Shown here: positions 31,863-43,700 of the stretch, in pieces
Layout: the number at the start of each line of letters is the position of its first letter
How positions within the stretch are numbered: the first letter of the stretch is position 1
NCBI GenBank assembly: GCA_048772705.1
Contig: JBLWGC010000224.1
Coordinates: forward strand, 187,710-251,709
Origin: Leidyana gryllorum EB-2025a
Lineage: Eukaryota; Protista; Apicomplexa
Direction: 5' to 3'
DNA length: 64,000 bases
Notes under the pieces: model-generated
The model's database searches: none
What the model was told of the DNA's origin: nothing
Seen by the model: the letters and a program-made list of their open reading frames with translations, nothing else
Position numbers and translations under genes: made by a program

Positions 31863-34395
31863 TCACCCATGCAAAAAGTCCTGCACCGCCATATGACCCT
31901 CTCCCAAGGTGTCCGAGACCGCCGAAAGAACCGGGCTGAATGGCGATCGGCTACTCGGAGTAGAACGCGCTCGTCGCGGCTCCTTCTCAGAGGCAAATCC
32001 CGGACCGATCCAAAGGATTTCTTTGCTATTTGCAACGAAATACTCGTTCCTGTCAGGATCGAAGGCTATCGTGTGCGGTGTGCCAAAAGTCGCAGGGATA
32101 GTCACCAGTCCCAAAGGCCGCCCGACCTCCAGGTCGAACATCAAAATCGCTGGCAACACTTCATCACTCTGTGGAATGTCTCTGCGGCTGTCCAACGCTA
32201 TCCTCTCGACATGGCGACCAGTGGTGTCATCGTCAAACACCACTCCAGGCCTCGCGGTCTCCTTCGGGCAGAAGCTTGTTCCTCCGTTGCTTCCGGTGGA
32301 ATAGGCAATCAGCCGAGGCGAAGAACTATGGCCCCGACGTCTTTGACATTCCTCGGCAGCGCGAATGTGCTGTCTTAAGAACCGGTCCTTGGATAAACCA
32401 CACGCGGTAGAACACATGCTAGCTCGCCACCTATCCATGTTCAGAGACCTTGAGCGTCTAGCTGAGCTGCGATCCGAACCTCCCAAAGACTCTCTGGTAC
32501 TGAGCTGCTCCAAATCCGGCAGTTGCTGTATAGGCCTACTTGGGGGCGCCAAGGTCCGATGATGTGGATGATTTAAGGAAGGAAGTGGTGTCCCATCCTC
32601 ACTGGTTTCGGTGGCTTGGGATGAAGAGAAGCCGCACCAGCCAGTCGCACCTCGACTGAATGACGTGACAGTGGGTGTTACCGGCGCAGGAGCAGTCCCA
32701 GACAGGTTCAACATATCAAAAGCCGACGTTATACTCAAAGCGTGTTCTCGAAATGCTGCCTCTGAGAACGTGTTGGCAAGCTGAGGTCGATGACGTGGTC
32801 TCGGTCGCTTGGTCGCCATGGTTGTTTGGTTTTCAAGACGAAGCGGGTGAAGCTGAGACGTGTTGCTGGTGTTGGGTCGCCCACTGCGAATGCTTTGAGA
32901 GTTGGTGGTCATACTTTCCCGTGTTTCGAAGAAGGTGCTAGCGGTTTCAAATGTAGACAATAGTTGATCCAATGCAGTTGTTGACGACAGACTATCTGCT
33001 CTTTTGACGACTGGCTTCCGATTCTTGATGTACATCAGCACCACAGACTGAGAGTGAAGGACTTGCGGATGCGAATCTGAAACTCGATGTTGACAGTAGA
33101 GCGCGCTCCTTACCGATCAGTGGGGCTCCGATCAGTCCAAAAGAGAGCAGCTTTTGCACTTCAGATTCGCTGCAGACATACAACTCCAGATTATCATGAC
33201 TTAACGCGACGAACTTGGTTAGCTCTCTTGCCTTGCCTAAGTTGCCATCCCAGACACTCTTTGACTGCCGAGAAACGCATAAGGGGGACGACGTTGTAGC
33301 ACGAATCTTACTGGCAGGAAAGTAACAGCTTGAGGATTGAAATCGGCAGTTCCTGAGGCTTCCATGATACTTCCAGTGGCAAGATTGTGAGCTCTTAAAC
33401 GCATTCCATCTTGCTTAAGCAAAAGTAAAGATCCACATAATTCGACTAGCTTCAATGCTCTGTTTTTATGCAGTGTAACGCTTGTATCCGCCTGGAGCTC
33501 AGCAAGTGGGTTGGGAAAGCCTATATCACTCACAACGCATTCTCCATTTCGGACTTGAAACAAACGCACAGGTAGTGCTTCAGGGCTAGGAGGCCTGAGA
33601 GAAGGATCACCAGGTTTCTCGATGAGGGACCTACTGGAAGAAGGCAACTGTATCTCTAGAAAGACGTAACTCCTGGTGGTCCACGTTGCTGGTGACAAAA
33701 AGTGGCGCGTAATCCCGCATGTCCCAGAACGTGAAAGAGCCATTCTGTGGGGTAGAAGTAACAATCCAGGCATTTTGCTCTGATCGCGGCAGTTAGTTGA
33801 TAGGCATGCACACTATCGTCTTTCATACCTTCAAACTCGATGAAACCAGGATAAGGTACCACTAGACTCTGCAGCTGCCTTCCCCCTTCGTAGGGTACGA
33901 AATTGCCTTGTGTTAGATCTACGCGGTTGATGATGTGAACCTTCAATCCACGATCCATATAGCCCGAGTGCCAAATGGTGAAAATAGTATCGTTCCACTT
34001 ATTGTAACATACGGACCGTACAACTGAAATAGTCTTCAGCAAACGTTTGATCGTCTCACCTTGCCAGTCGTTCTCCAGAAGACTGCCTATTTGACTTCCA
34101 TCTTTTCTGGCATAGACCATTGCCGATCCTTGCTTAAACCTGGAGACGGCTTTCAGGAGGTCGTGATCCAATCACCCACAGTGCAATCACAACATCTTCA
34201 GCTATAATCAATTCCACGACCTGGTAATCGTTCTCCACCCGAGTGAATCGTTTCCGAGCACTGGATTAGAAAGCAAATTGGATCTAATCTTCAAACTCGG
34301 ACTCACGCCTGGGTTGGAAAAGGCGGCTTGACGGCTGTCAGGCGCCGTCCTCGTTCCTTCAGGTACCTCAGTTCATTATAGCGCGGGAGGAACAT
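31863..34395 (-). CDS. Beta-propeller (WD40-like) protein of an uncharacterised plant/protist family, with large low-complexity insertion
   Basis: VVELIIAEDVVIAL, VRSVCYNKWNDTIFT, PGFIEFE, LHKNRALKLVELCGSLLLLKQDG and TIAFDPDRNEYFVAN match, from recall, the order of motifs in Arabidopsis At3g54190-like proteins. Confidence 0.6.
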
Positions 34396-34455
34396 GAAGC
34401 GGCCATTGGTCAGGTGCGTCTCGTGTCAAACAAACTTTTTCGCACGTGTGTGTAG

Positions 34456-36200
34456 ATGCTGGGCTCAGATGATTCGAATGCCCACAACGTTGCACAAGGG
34501 CTATCGGCCATCTTCGGCTTGTCATTAATTACAAAGGTTGTGAGTTTCGGTTTATCATGTCTAGCCATACCACTCATGACGCTGCCGTGGTATGGCGTCC
34601 ATGCAGTTCATTTGTTCGTATTTGTGACGCTGACGTCGTGGCCGCGAGTCGAGTGCTTTCGCAAGGTCATTCTGAGGTTGTCGCATGCTACTGGGGTCGA
34701 GAAAGCTTCGCGGACTAATCTGGAACGAATATCCATGATACTGACTTTGGCGGTTACATCGGTGGCGGCCATGATTTGGTGGTACCGGCCTCCCGAATTG
34801 GTGCGAGAGAGTCAGCAGCTCATTCGAGACATATATAATGTCAGTATCGCCTTGCATGTTATTGCCAGCGTGATAACGGCTTTCGGGGAGCGGCTTTACT
34901 TGGAGTTATGCTTTGCGGAGATGTTCAGGAAGAAAGCACACTTGGATACATTCGGAGCTATCATTTGGGCTGCGTCATTTAACTGTCCTTTCCTCGTCTT
35001 GCAATTTCTAGATCGCCTGGATATGGCGCCGATCGTACTTCTATTGGTGTCAGGATTGTCACAATGCATATGGGCTCTGGGAACCATGATCTACACTGCG
35101 TGGGTACTACGACAAGGTCCCGTAGATGTACTTGCTGGCATCTGGGATCAAATCAAGTTTGTCCGTATCATCGACACCCAGCGGAGACTGTTGGTTGAGG
35201 CTCATCGCGAGTTCTTGATGGTTGAGCTCGTTACGTCAGTGCAGAAGTACGTGGTGGCGGAAGGAGATAAGTTACTGATGATGCGATATCTCGGGCCGGA
35301 GTCTCAAGGAGCAGTCAGCCTGGTTCAGAATCTTGCAAGCGTCCTGCTGAGAATGTTCTTCTTGCCTCAGGAAGAGATGCTGGCCATTCACTACAGTGCC
35401 AACAATATGGGACAAGTGGCAGGCGAGTGGAGTGTTGGACAATGGTTTACCTATCTCGAGGTGTTCCGACTAGTTGCATTTGTGGAGTGGAGTCTGGGGC
35501 TCGCGGCAGCTGTTTTCGGCCCGCTCTTCGCATCCTCAGTGATGTTGTTTGCATTCGGATCAGAGGCTGCTGAGTCGCAGAGCGAGTTATTGGCGAGGTG
35601 AGTTGGACACTGATACAAATATCTCACATACGGCACAGATATTGCTGGGTGATTCTTGGGGCTGGAATATGTGGCGTCATGGAAGGTTTCTTGAACAGCA
35701 GCGCATCTGCGCACTGGTTGCGCATCAACCAGAAGTTCAGTCGGGTGTCTTGGCTCGTGATAAATGGAGTGGCAGCAGGATTATGGGAAGTACAGCGGAG
35801 GACTGGTGACTCGATATTTGGCTGGAAGGACACCACCATTTGGGTCTGGGCGAGCGGTATGACCTTTGGATCACGAGCCATAATTCCATTGGTGATGTTG
35901 ACTCGCCACATTACGCGTGCCCCAAAGTATAAAGGCCTACGGGATTTAGTGCGAGTGGTGTTCCTGAAGCAATGGATGCTCATGTTGGCAGTACAGCTTG
36001 CGCTATCTATTGCTCTTCGATATGCCCCGACAGTGCACGCGCTGGAGCGGGTCGCATTGCTGGCACCGGAGAAATTACGTCATCGGCTGGAGGTCAGCAG
36101 GTTGATGTATTGCGGGCTGACTGGAGGCTCAGTGCTGCTCTTGGCAATTCGTCCGGCGTGGCGTCATCGCCGCTACAAGTATCACTCCAAGATGGTGTGA
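34456..36200 (+). CDS. RFT1: RFT1 (Man5GlcNAc2-PP-dolichol translocation protein)
   Basis: Multi-TM. ITKVVSF..YGV..V..ECFRK, QKYVVAEGDKL, QGAVSLVQNLASVLLRMFFLPQEE, CGVMEGF. One intron near 35598. Confidence 0.88.
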
Positions 36201-36749
36201 CTAGTTGGAGCATCAGCTTGGCGGGGATGCTTTGAAATTTGATGGTAGCTCAAATGGCCGAGGTCTCGACAAGAAACCATGCATTGAGGGCAGACGTAAC
36301 TGTTAGCAGTAGCTGCGGGCCAGAGAAGGTTGTTAGCGTGGAGATAGATGAGCCGAATCTTGGGCCTGCGAGGAGAGGCATCATCTGAGCTTTTATCAAT
36401 AGCAGCGAATTTGTCCTCCCGAGCAGACCAATCGACTTTGGAGCCCACTGCTAACGATTCGTATGCTATGAAGAGAGAGCATTTCTTGCAGTAGTGTCGA
36501 CGCTGTCGTTCAAATCCGTGTCCTGAAGGTACGCGTGTAATACTTGGTCCAGGTTTGGTGTCCATGATAACCTGAGTGACTTTTGATAAGGGGTGAAGCA
36601 GAAGGCACACTCACGGTGCATGTCTTTGGGTTGAGCACCCTGTCGGGTCTATTGTTCCTCTTTGGAACCAAGTGCACATCAGCGTCGGTGCTGACACCAA
36701 GTGTGCCACATCTGCGGCAGTGAATAGTGACGAGCCCCGTGGATTTCAT
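36182..36749 (-). CDS. STEEP1/CXorf56 (UPF0428)-like protein with extra C-terminal C2H2 finger
   Basis: IHCRRCG..D..VHLVPKR..DRVL, GFERQRRHYCKKCSLFIAYES, then CPQC-x12-HQISKH. One intron. Confidence 0.7.
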
Positions 36750-36773
36750 TGGAGGGATAGTAAAAAAAAGGGT

Positions 36774-37655
36774 ATGAGCTCTCGCTTGAAGGCAGCCAAG
36801 CGCAACCTCGAGTTCTATCGGGTGGCTTTCGGAATCGAGCCGCCCTACAAAGTGATTGGTAAGGAAGATGGATTGAGAGTGGTGCTGCAAATAGCCATTG
36901 TAGTCGATGGTCCTTTAGTGGCTGCCTGTTTGGCCCAGAAGTTGGACCCCATCACGGTTATATCGAAAATACTTGGCAACAAGGTTGAATTAGGTAAGGG
37001 GGTGCAACAGCTACTCACAATTGCGTTTGCAGTGACGACGCGATGCGGTCTGGCCGAAATTCAATCATTGAAAGGTATGATGAAGGAAACCGTTGACTGG
37101 GTTACGAAGAATCTTCCCAAGTTCAATTGTGTCCATAAACGGCTGCTGGAGAATGGTGAAGACCAGCAAAAGGAGGAAGAGGCAGCAGATGTTGAGGAGA
37201 GTGATAAGCCCTCACCTGCAGGGCCTGCCAAGACGATCAACTGCTATCAATGCATTTGCGACCTGAGTGGTCGTGGTAATCCGTTGCGTTTTGTTTACGC
37301 CGTACAAGACCCTCGGTTAGTCAAGGTGCTCAAAGAGGCTATGGGAGTACCTTTGGTGGTGTTACAAGGGAACCGAGCAGTACTGTGGCAGCCAAGTGAG
37401 CGGTCGGAGCGCAAACACAAGAAGCGGGAACAACGTAAACTACACATTGCGGCCTGGGAAAAGGAGGTGCTGGAGGGCGAAGCAGCCGATGAAGGGGCCG
37501 CAAAGAAGAAACGCAAGGGGCCAAAGGCCCCAAATCCACTTTCGGTCAAGAAGCGACGGACGACAAAAGATGGGCAGCAGAAAGGTTCGGATGCAGCGGG
37601 TGGAGAGAAGAAGAGAAGAACGCGTTCCAAGAGCCACAGAACTCCGAAAAGTTGA
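36774..37655 (+). CDS. UTP23: rRNA-processing protein UTP23 (Fcf1/PIN family)
   Basis: LEFYRVAFGIEPPYKV.VDG, TTRCGLAE, C.H, YAVQD..L..GVPLV, KGPKAPNPLSVKK. Two in-frame introns. Confidence 0.9.
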   Translation: MSSRLKAAKRNLEFYRVAFGIEPPYKVIGKEDGLRVVLQIAIVVDGPLVAACLAQKLDPITVISKILGNKVELGKGVQQLLTIAFAVTTRCGLAEIQSLKGMMKETVDWVTKNLPKFNCVHKRLLENGEDQQKEEEAADVEESDKPSPAGPAKTINCYQCICDLSGRGNPLRFVYAVQDPRLVKVLKEAMGVPLVVLQGNRAVLWQPSERSERKHKKREQRKLHIAAWEKEVLEGEAADEGAAKKKRKGPKAPNPLSVKKRRTTKDGQQKGSDAAGGEKKRRTRSKSHRTPKS

Positions 37656-37732
37656 GGGAGGAGGTCTTGGGGATGGAGGATGGTCTTTGCTGGACACACA
37701 CATTGAGTCAAACACACGGACGCGGCTGTATA

Positions 37733-40474
37733 ATGCGGTTGTATCTGATCAGCTGCTTGCTTTATTTGGTTGGCGCTGAAGATATAATTGCTGGACCATA
37801 TGAGAATGAGGTAGCTCAACATATGGCGCGTTTGATCCGCGGACTTCGGTCCGAAACCGTGGTTGACGTACCGAGTCCATCGGTCCGTATTGAAGGTAGT
37901 GATGTGATACTCGATGGACCGGTGGACGATCCGTACGTGTGGTACAAATTCGAAACGACGAAACGCGATGCTTATCTGGCTGGTCGAGTGATCGGTGCGA
38001 GTGACGAGGAAATCGCACATGGATTCTCCATTTTATGGTCCAACCTTAGCCAAGACGAAATTAAAGCCCCCGAGGGCTTCACATATCCCTCTAATTGGAT
38101 TCATCCCGAGCATCTGCGCGATCATCCATCGCTGATGTTGATGCCGAAGCCTGAGGCTGTGATCATCAACGACATAAACGGCGACACTATATATCATGAC
38201 AGGAGCGATCCCTGGGCTCCGATAATCCGTATCACGGACTCTAGCAGCTTTGTATCCCGCCCCTACACCCAAGGTCCCTCGCCGATTCGCGCTTATGCAG
38301 CGAGATGGGCCGCTGCAGAGCGCGCCTGGTCTCGAAAGTCCTCCCCCGCCCGACCGAAACCTGAACCCGAACCCGAACCATATCGCAAGGAGTCGTCAGA
38401 AGGCGGATCCTCCCCGGCCAGTGATGATGGTGAGGCCGCTGTGGAAAGCGAGTCCCTCCCGCCGATGGCGGAGGAGAGTGCTGAGAACGGTACCTCAGTG
38501 TCACTGCACGGGGAGGCACTGACGACCGCCGGAGACGCCGAGTCCGCCGCCACTTCCCCTCCTCCAAGTTTACCTGATGACGACGTTACCCCGGCTGTAG
38601 CGAAATCTGATGACGACGTTACCCCGGCGGTAGCGAAGTCTGCTGACATGCGGTCATACGTATTCGATATTAAGGCATTTTCTGCCACATTGGCGTCGAA
38701 ACCCGCATCGGAAGAGAATACTAATGTTGAGGAGACACCAGCTGTCTCTGTTGCTGACGATGATGATGATGATGACGAAAAGGATGACGTGAGTAGTGAT
38801 CCCGACAAAAGCACCGAGCTTATGAACGCGGCGTCTTCACAGGGTGAGACTCGAGGCCTTGCCTTGAAGTACGTGAACGCTCCCTCCTCAACGCTGCCGT
38901 TACCGTCTCCGTCGACTACGATACGGCACAGTGCCGACTCTACTGGTAGTGGCAGCAGCAGCAACGGCAACGGCAATTCGCGTTTCGATTATAATGCCCC
39001 ATCGGAACCGACGTTGGAAGGCTACAAGAAGCCTCACCTATTGATCACTCCTCATATCGCCAATCCCGCACAGTTCCACACGAGTACCCATCCACCCCTG
39101 GCTCCCCCGGTGGATATGCAGTTTTACGAGTTTGTTGAGGAGTGGGAGGGTAAGTCCGGCGCCACCCACACCACCACTGCCAGTCCCGTTGTGGAGCAGC
39201 TCAAAGGTCAATGGTTCCCAGTGGATGACAGTTATAGTCTGGAGACCAAACTGGGATTGGCCAAATGGCTCGCTCGGCACGAGGCTGCGCCTGAAGTGTC
39301 CTACGACTCACTTTACGTCCCGACTTCCTCTCCCCATATTCACCTTCAGCAGCCGCCCCCACAGCCCAAACTTATCAAACCCGCCATTCTGGACGGCGAG
39401 TTTGTTCCTTTCAAGCGGATCGGAGGGGTTAAATTCCTGCCGCAATCTTCAGAGCTCCACAAATCGTCGTCTCGCTATCCCATTAGCAGCAACCCGCCGC
39501 CGATGGAGCCGCCCAAATTCCTCCCGCCGTCTTTGGCTAACATTCCTCCACCACCACAGCCAACAGTCGTCCAGAGCCCTCTGTCACCCGCTGTGCAGCA
39601 GCAACAAGCTGCTGAGACAAACGAGCTGTTCCCTCCGACCATTGTCGATCTGATCCCCGCCCCTCTCCGGGAACCGCTCCTCAACTCGCCTGCTGCCACA
39701 GTTGCCGCGCTCTTACAGCACCTCGGAACCACCACTACTAACAGTAACCCGGCGGCAGCACCTGAGCCTGCCGTTCCGGACTCAACAGTGCAGAAGAGCG
39801 ACACGGGCAGTGTGTTGATTGGCGAGACCCCCTTGGCGGCGGCAGCTGAGTCTGCAGCAGTGTCAGGAGGAGTTGCCCAAAGTGACCGCAATGACTCAGT
39901 TGAGGTCACCCAAGCGAGCAACGACAACTCGCTGCTGAAGAAGAAGCTTTCTGAGGGAATGACAGACGCGACTGAGGGGGGAGAGAAACAGTTGCTGCTG
40001 AATGAAAGCCCCATTGAGGCCAAGGCTGAGACTATGGAGGCTGAGAGGCAGCAGGACACAGAGACGGCTGAGGGAGGACGAGCAGAACTTGATAATGTGG
40101 ACCGGAATAGCCCCGGAGAAGGTGATGGTGAGGCAGAAGCCTTCGGATTGAAGAGACTGGGAGGGTATCGACCCGGAGTGGAGATCGGGCCTGTTTCTCT
40201 GTTGGATCCAGAACCTGATGCTGTGGTCGTTAGGGTTGGTGAAAACCTTCCGCCTCCCGCGGGAGTGAGTTATGGCACTATTTCTGTGGTGATCCCCGAA
40301 CCTTCCCGGACAATTGGAGTACCGCAAGTGCAGGAGCGATATGCTCTGGGATGTTGTGCACATGGTGTACGAGGAGCGTCGGAAGATCTTTTCCCAATTG
40401 CTGGTGACGGAGTCATGTCGTCATTCTTAGTTTTGTGGACCGTTGGCCTTATCGCGTATGTTTACATGTTATAA
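37733..40474 (+). CDS. Secreted/surface protein, probably GPI- or tail-anchored, largely low-complexity
   Basis: Signal peptide MRLYLISCLLYLVGA, ~190-aa globular N-terminus, acidic/Pro/Ser-rich body, hydrophobic C-terminus SSFLVLWTVGLIAYVYML*. Confidence 0.75.
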   Translation: MRLYLISCLLYLVGAEDIIAGPYENEVAQHMARLIRGLRSETVVDVPSPSVRIEGSDVILDGPVDDPYVWYKFETTKRDAYLAGRVIGASDEEIAHGFSILWSNLSQDEIKAPEGFTYPSNWIHPEHLRDHPSLMLMPKPEAVIINDINGDTIYHDRSDPWAPIIRITDSSSFVSRPYTQGPSPIRAYAARWAAAERAWSRKSSPARPKPEPEPEPYRKESSEGGSSPASDDGEAAVESESLPPMAEESAENGTSVSLHGEALTTAGDAESAATSPPPSLPDDDVTPAVAKSDDDVTPAVAKSADMRSYVFDIKAFSATLASKPASEENTNVEETPAVSVADDDDDDDEKDDVSSDPDKSTELMNAASSQGETRGLALKYVNAPSSTLPLPSPSTTIRHSADSTGSGSSSNGNGNSRFDYNAPSEPTLEGYKKPHLLITPHIANPAQFHTSTHPPLAPPVDMQFYEFVEEWEGKSGATHTTTASPVVEQLKGQWFPVDDSYSLETKLGLAKWLARHEAAPEVSYDSLYVPTSSPHIHLQQPPPQPKLIKPAILDGEFVPFKRIGGVKFLPQSSELHKSSSRYPISSNPPPMEPPKFLPPSLANIPPPPQPTVVQSPLSPAVQQQQAAETNELFPPTIVDLIPAPLREPLLNSPAATVAALLQHLGTTTTNSNPAAAPEPAVPDSTVQKSDTGSVLIGETPLAAAAESAAVSGGVAQSDRNDSVEVTQASNDNSLLKKKLSEGMTDATEGGEKQLLLNESPIEAKAETMEAERQQDTETAEGGRAELDNVDRNSPGEGDGEAEAFGLKRLGGYRPGVEIGPVSLLDPEPDAVVVRVGENLPPPAGVSYGTISVVIPEPSRTIGVPQVQERYALGCCAHGVRGASEDLFPIAGDGVMSSFLVLWTVGLIAYVYML
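38574..38642 (+). repeat. 33-bp in-frame tandem duplication (DDDVTPAVAKS x2)
   Basis: CTGATGACGACGTTACCCCGGC(T/G)GTAGCGAA(A/G)T twice. Confidence 0.9.
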
Positions 40475-40736
40475 ACTGATCCCTAGTTGGTTTGGGCGGG
40501 GCGGTGTGTCCCGAGAGTAAGGAAATGCATTTTGAGGTGCTCGTGGTGTCTGAAGATTGAAATGACCGAGATCTCATCGCAGAAACCGCTTAATGCTATA
40601 GACTGTCGCGCAGAAGCTGTTGCCGGTAAAGATATTGCTTGCCTCCCGCGGCGAAAGTTGGACGACGCGCGCGCCCCCCAAGTGAGTGGCAATTTGACAT
40701 CGAACACACGCATATCACCCATACACATCACAGAGT

Positions 40737-43700
40737 TTGCAACGTCTCCCTTTCCATGTTGGGGCTAAACACCACCATAATCGACTGCCTGCGGAGCCCG
40801 TCCGAGGCATCCCAGCACACAGCAGTGGGCACCCGCACACTGCTGAGCAGACGTCTCCAGCCTCTGTGGGTCTCACCATGGAACCTTTTGGGGCGCCGTC
40901 TCAACTGCAATCCGCTACTAATGTTCAGGTCGATCTTCCGATGATGGACGACGACGCAGCCTCGGCCACGGGTCATCGACGTACGACTATTATAAAGCGA
41001 ACTCGCAAGCGACCGCACACAACCACGACGACCACCTCAACTACCACGACGACCACGGCCACCACCACCGTGCCGCGACATCGGGCGGTTCAAGACAGTG
41101 AAGAATTATCGCTATCCGCTGATCCCGAAGAAGATGAAGCAGAAGAGGAAGACGAAGAAGGAGAAGACTCAATGGAGTCCAGCACTGGTGATAATGACGC
41201 CGTGATGGATGATGAAGACGAAGACGAAGCGGGGGAGTCTTCATCGTCGTCGATGAGAAGAAATAGCGACCGGACGAAGAAGAAGAAGACGACGACCACC
41301 AGTGGCAGTCTTCGACGCCGTCGACCTTTACAAGTCGAGTTGGGCTCGCCGGCGAATATGCAGACCGATGATCCTTTGTCAATGAGTACAGAGCTTCCGT
41401 CATTCTACAACGACGTTGAGGCCACTGAGGAGCCCGTTGGGCCGCCGATGATGCCCGGAGTCCAGAAGCATTGGCTGCACAAACATATCCACGCGCCCAT
41501 AGTCATGACTCCGACGCATCCGCCACCGGCTCCGCCGCGAGAGGAGCCGCGGTGGCATCACTGGTTTGAGATCTTTCCGTCGAAACGGCTGAAAGATTAC
41601 GACGACGCTCTGGACGATACAGATGACCCCGTAGACGACATGGAACCGATATTCCGAGATGATATAAAGGTTTGGCCCCCCAGGCACGAGTCCGAAGAGG
41701 ACAATTACAGTAGAGAGGTGCAAGAAGTGGAGTCCCGCTGGCAACATTTCCTGCACCACCATCAGCCGCATAAGGAACATCATCTAAAGCTACCCTCCTG
41801 GCTCCGTCATCCATTCGGTGGAGGAGGAGGTACCGAAGATGCCGATTTTCCAGTAGTTCATTTGGGTCATCCTTGGGCTGAACAAGACCCCAACACTGAC
41901 CAATGGGGCGATGACCCAGAGACTCTTATGGTAATGGGCATCCTTTCTGGAACAGTGGTGGTGCTATCAAGCTTCCTCCTCCTGCTACTGTGTATGCTGG
42001 CTCGCCAGACCAGACGCCGCCGCGCATGTGAAAGCCGCTGTCCCCCTCCCCCACCCTCTGATGAGCAGCAGTCCTCGTCTTCGGGCCGCCCGAGCAGCTC
42101 AGAGGACGACGGCATACCGCGTCTCGACATTAACACGCGTCGCACAGAACCGCCGACGCTGATGGGGCTCGACCCGCCAGACGACTCCTCACGCGGCGGT
42201 GGAGGGGGACTGCGGTGCTCTCTGGGCGGCGTCGGGGGCAATAATAATCATCTTCACGGAGGCAACTCATCGAGCGAGAACATCTCTGCCTCCAGTCCTG
42301 GGGGTGGATTCAATTGTGCAAACGCTGTTGAAGAGCATCGACAACAGTTACATCGGGAAATTCAGCTCTTACAGCAAAAATACAGTCCACCAGCTGCAGT
42401 CTGTGGCCAAATTGATAACGCTGTCGTCTGCATTCAAGTGGACCCCGAGGAGGACGACGAGAGAGACTTAGCAGCAGCAACAGAACACCTCCACTCCCCC
42501 ACCAGACGACGACAACAACAAAACCCCCCCCATTCAGACGAATGCTGCTCCTCTCCCGATCCAAAATGTCAGCCTGAGTTCGAGCATCAGGTCCTGAATA
42601 TTGCTTCCGCCAGCCGTGCTGCCACACCTAGTCGGTCTGCCGCATCCTGTTGTTCGATCATCAGTCATCATAACAATCTTGGAGAATCACGGACTTGTGC
42701 TGTCCCATTGAACGTGCCGATCCAAAGACGACGACGGAGACGACGTGAACACCACTCGCTACCCTCACAGCGCTCCAGCAGGGATCTGTCGTCCCCGCCC
42801 TCAGTCAATCGCCGTCAAACTCAACAAGACTTCCTCCCGAGCTGTCGATCACATTCTCCATCTCTGTGCCGTCCAGACGATCACACACCCCTCCATCCGA
42901 CCTTGGAGCTTCCAACAAAGGCGCAAAAATGTCTAACGTCGCTGCCGAGTAGGATTACTCCATCTTCTTGCGTCTATACTCCACCATCTGCCGAGCACTG
43001 CCAGGCGCAAAGAATACCCCATACAGCGGCATGCCGAATTCCAAACCCTTTCACTACAGCTCCTACAACCGCTCCCATCCCTGAAGACACGTGTCAGGTC
43101 CTGCCACACTTCCCAGACACGGCCCCTCTTCCGTGCCCCGGACCAATTGTGTGTGCTGAAGTGCAAATACCGTGTGATGATGGCCAGTCGTCCTCTGCAC
43201 CGCCTGCAGAAGACAATGCGACAACGTGTTACTGCGACTTGAGCGCAGCATCAGTCTTGCGGAGGTCGCGGGTGGCTGAAGAACTCGATCAGCTGCGACC
43301 TCCATTACGGCACGAGCTCGAAGGCCGATGGGGGGGCGCTGGACCCACGGGCCAATGCTCCTCGTCAGTGCATTCAGCCGCGGCAGTGGACAGCACACAC
43401 AGCGACTGGAAGACCCCTCGGGAGATCGATTCTTCAGTTCGAGTACCAGCAAGCTTTGGCGACTGCTTTGACAAGCTGCCACGGAGACACCGCGCGTCGC
43501 GTTCGACAATGTCTCCGACTTACACTGCCCGGCGAGTTGTGTCATTATCGTTGGATCGTCGATGCGTGAAAAGCACGCCCGCATCCTCAGCAACTTCGCA
43601 TTTGTCAAACGACAGCCTCATAAGAGCCGGGAACGTCGACGCGGGTCTCGATCGCAGCTTGTTAGCACACACAGCACGCGCCTTGCTTTTGAGGCATTTG

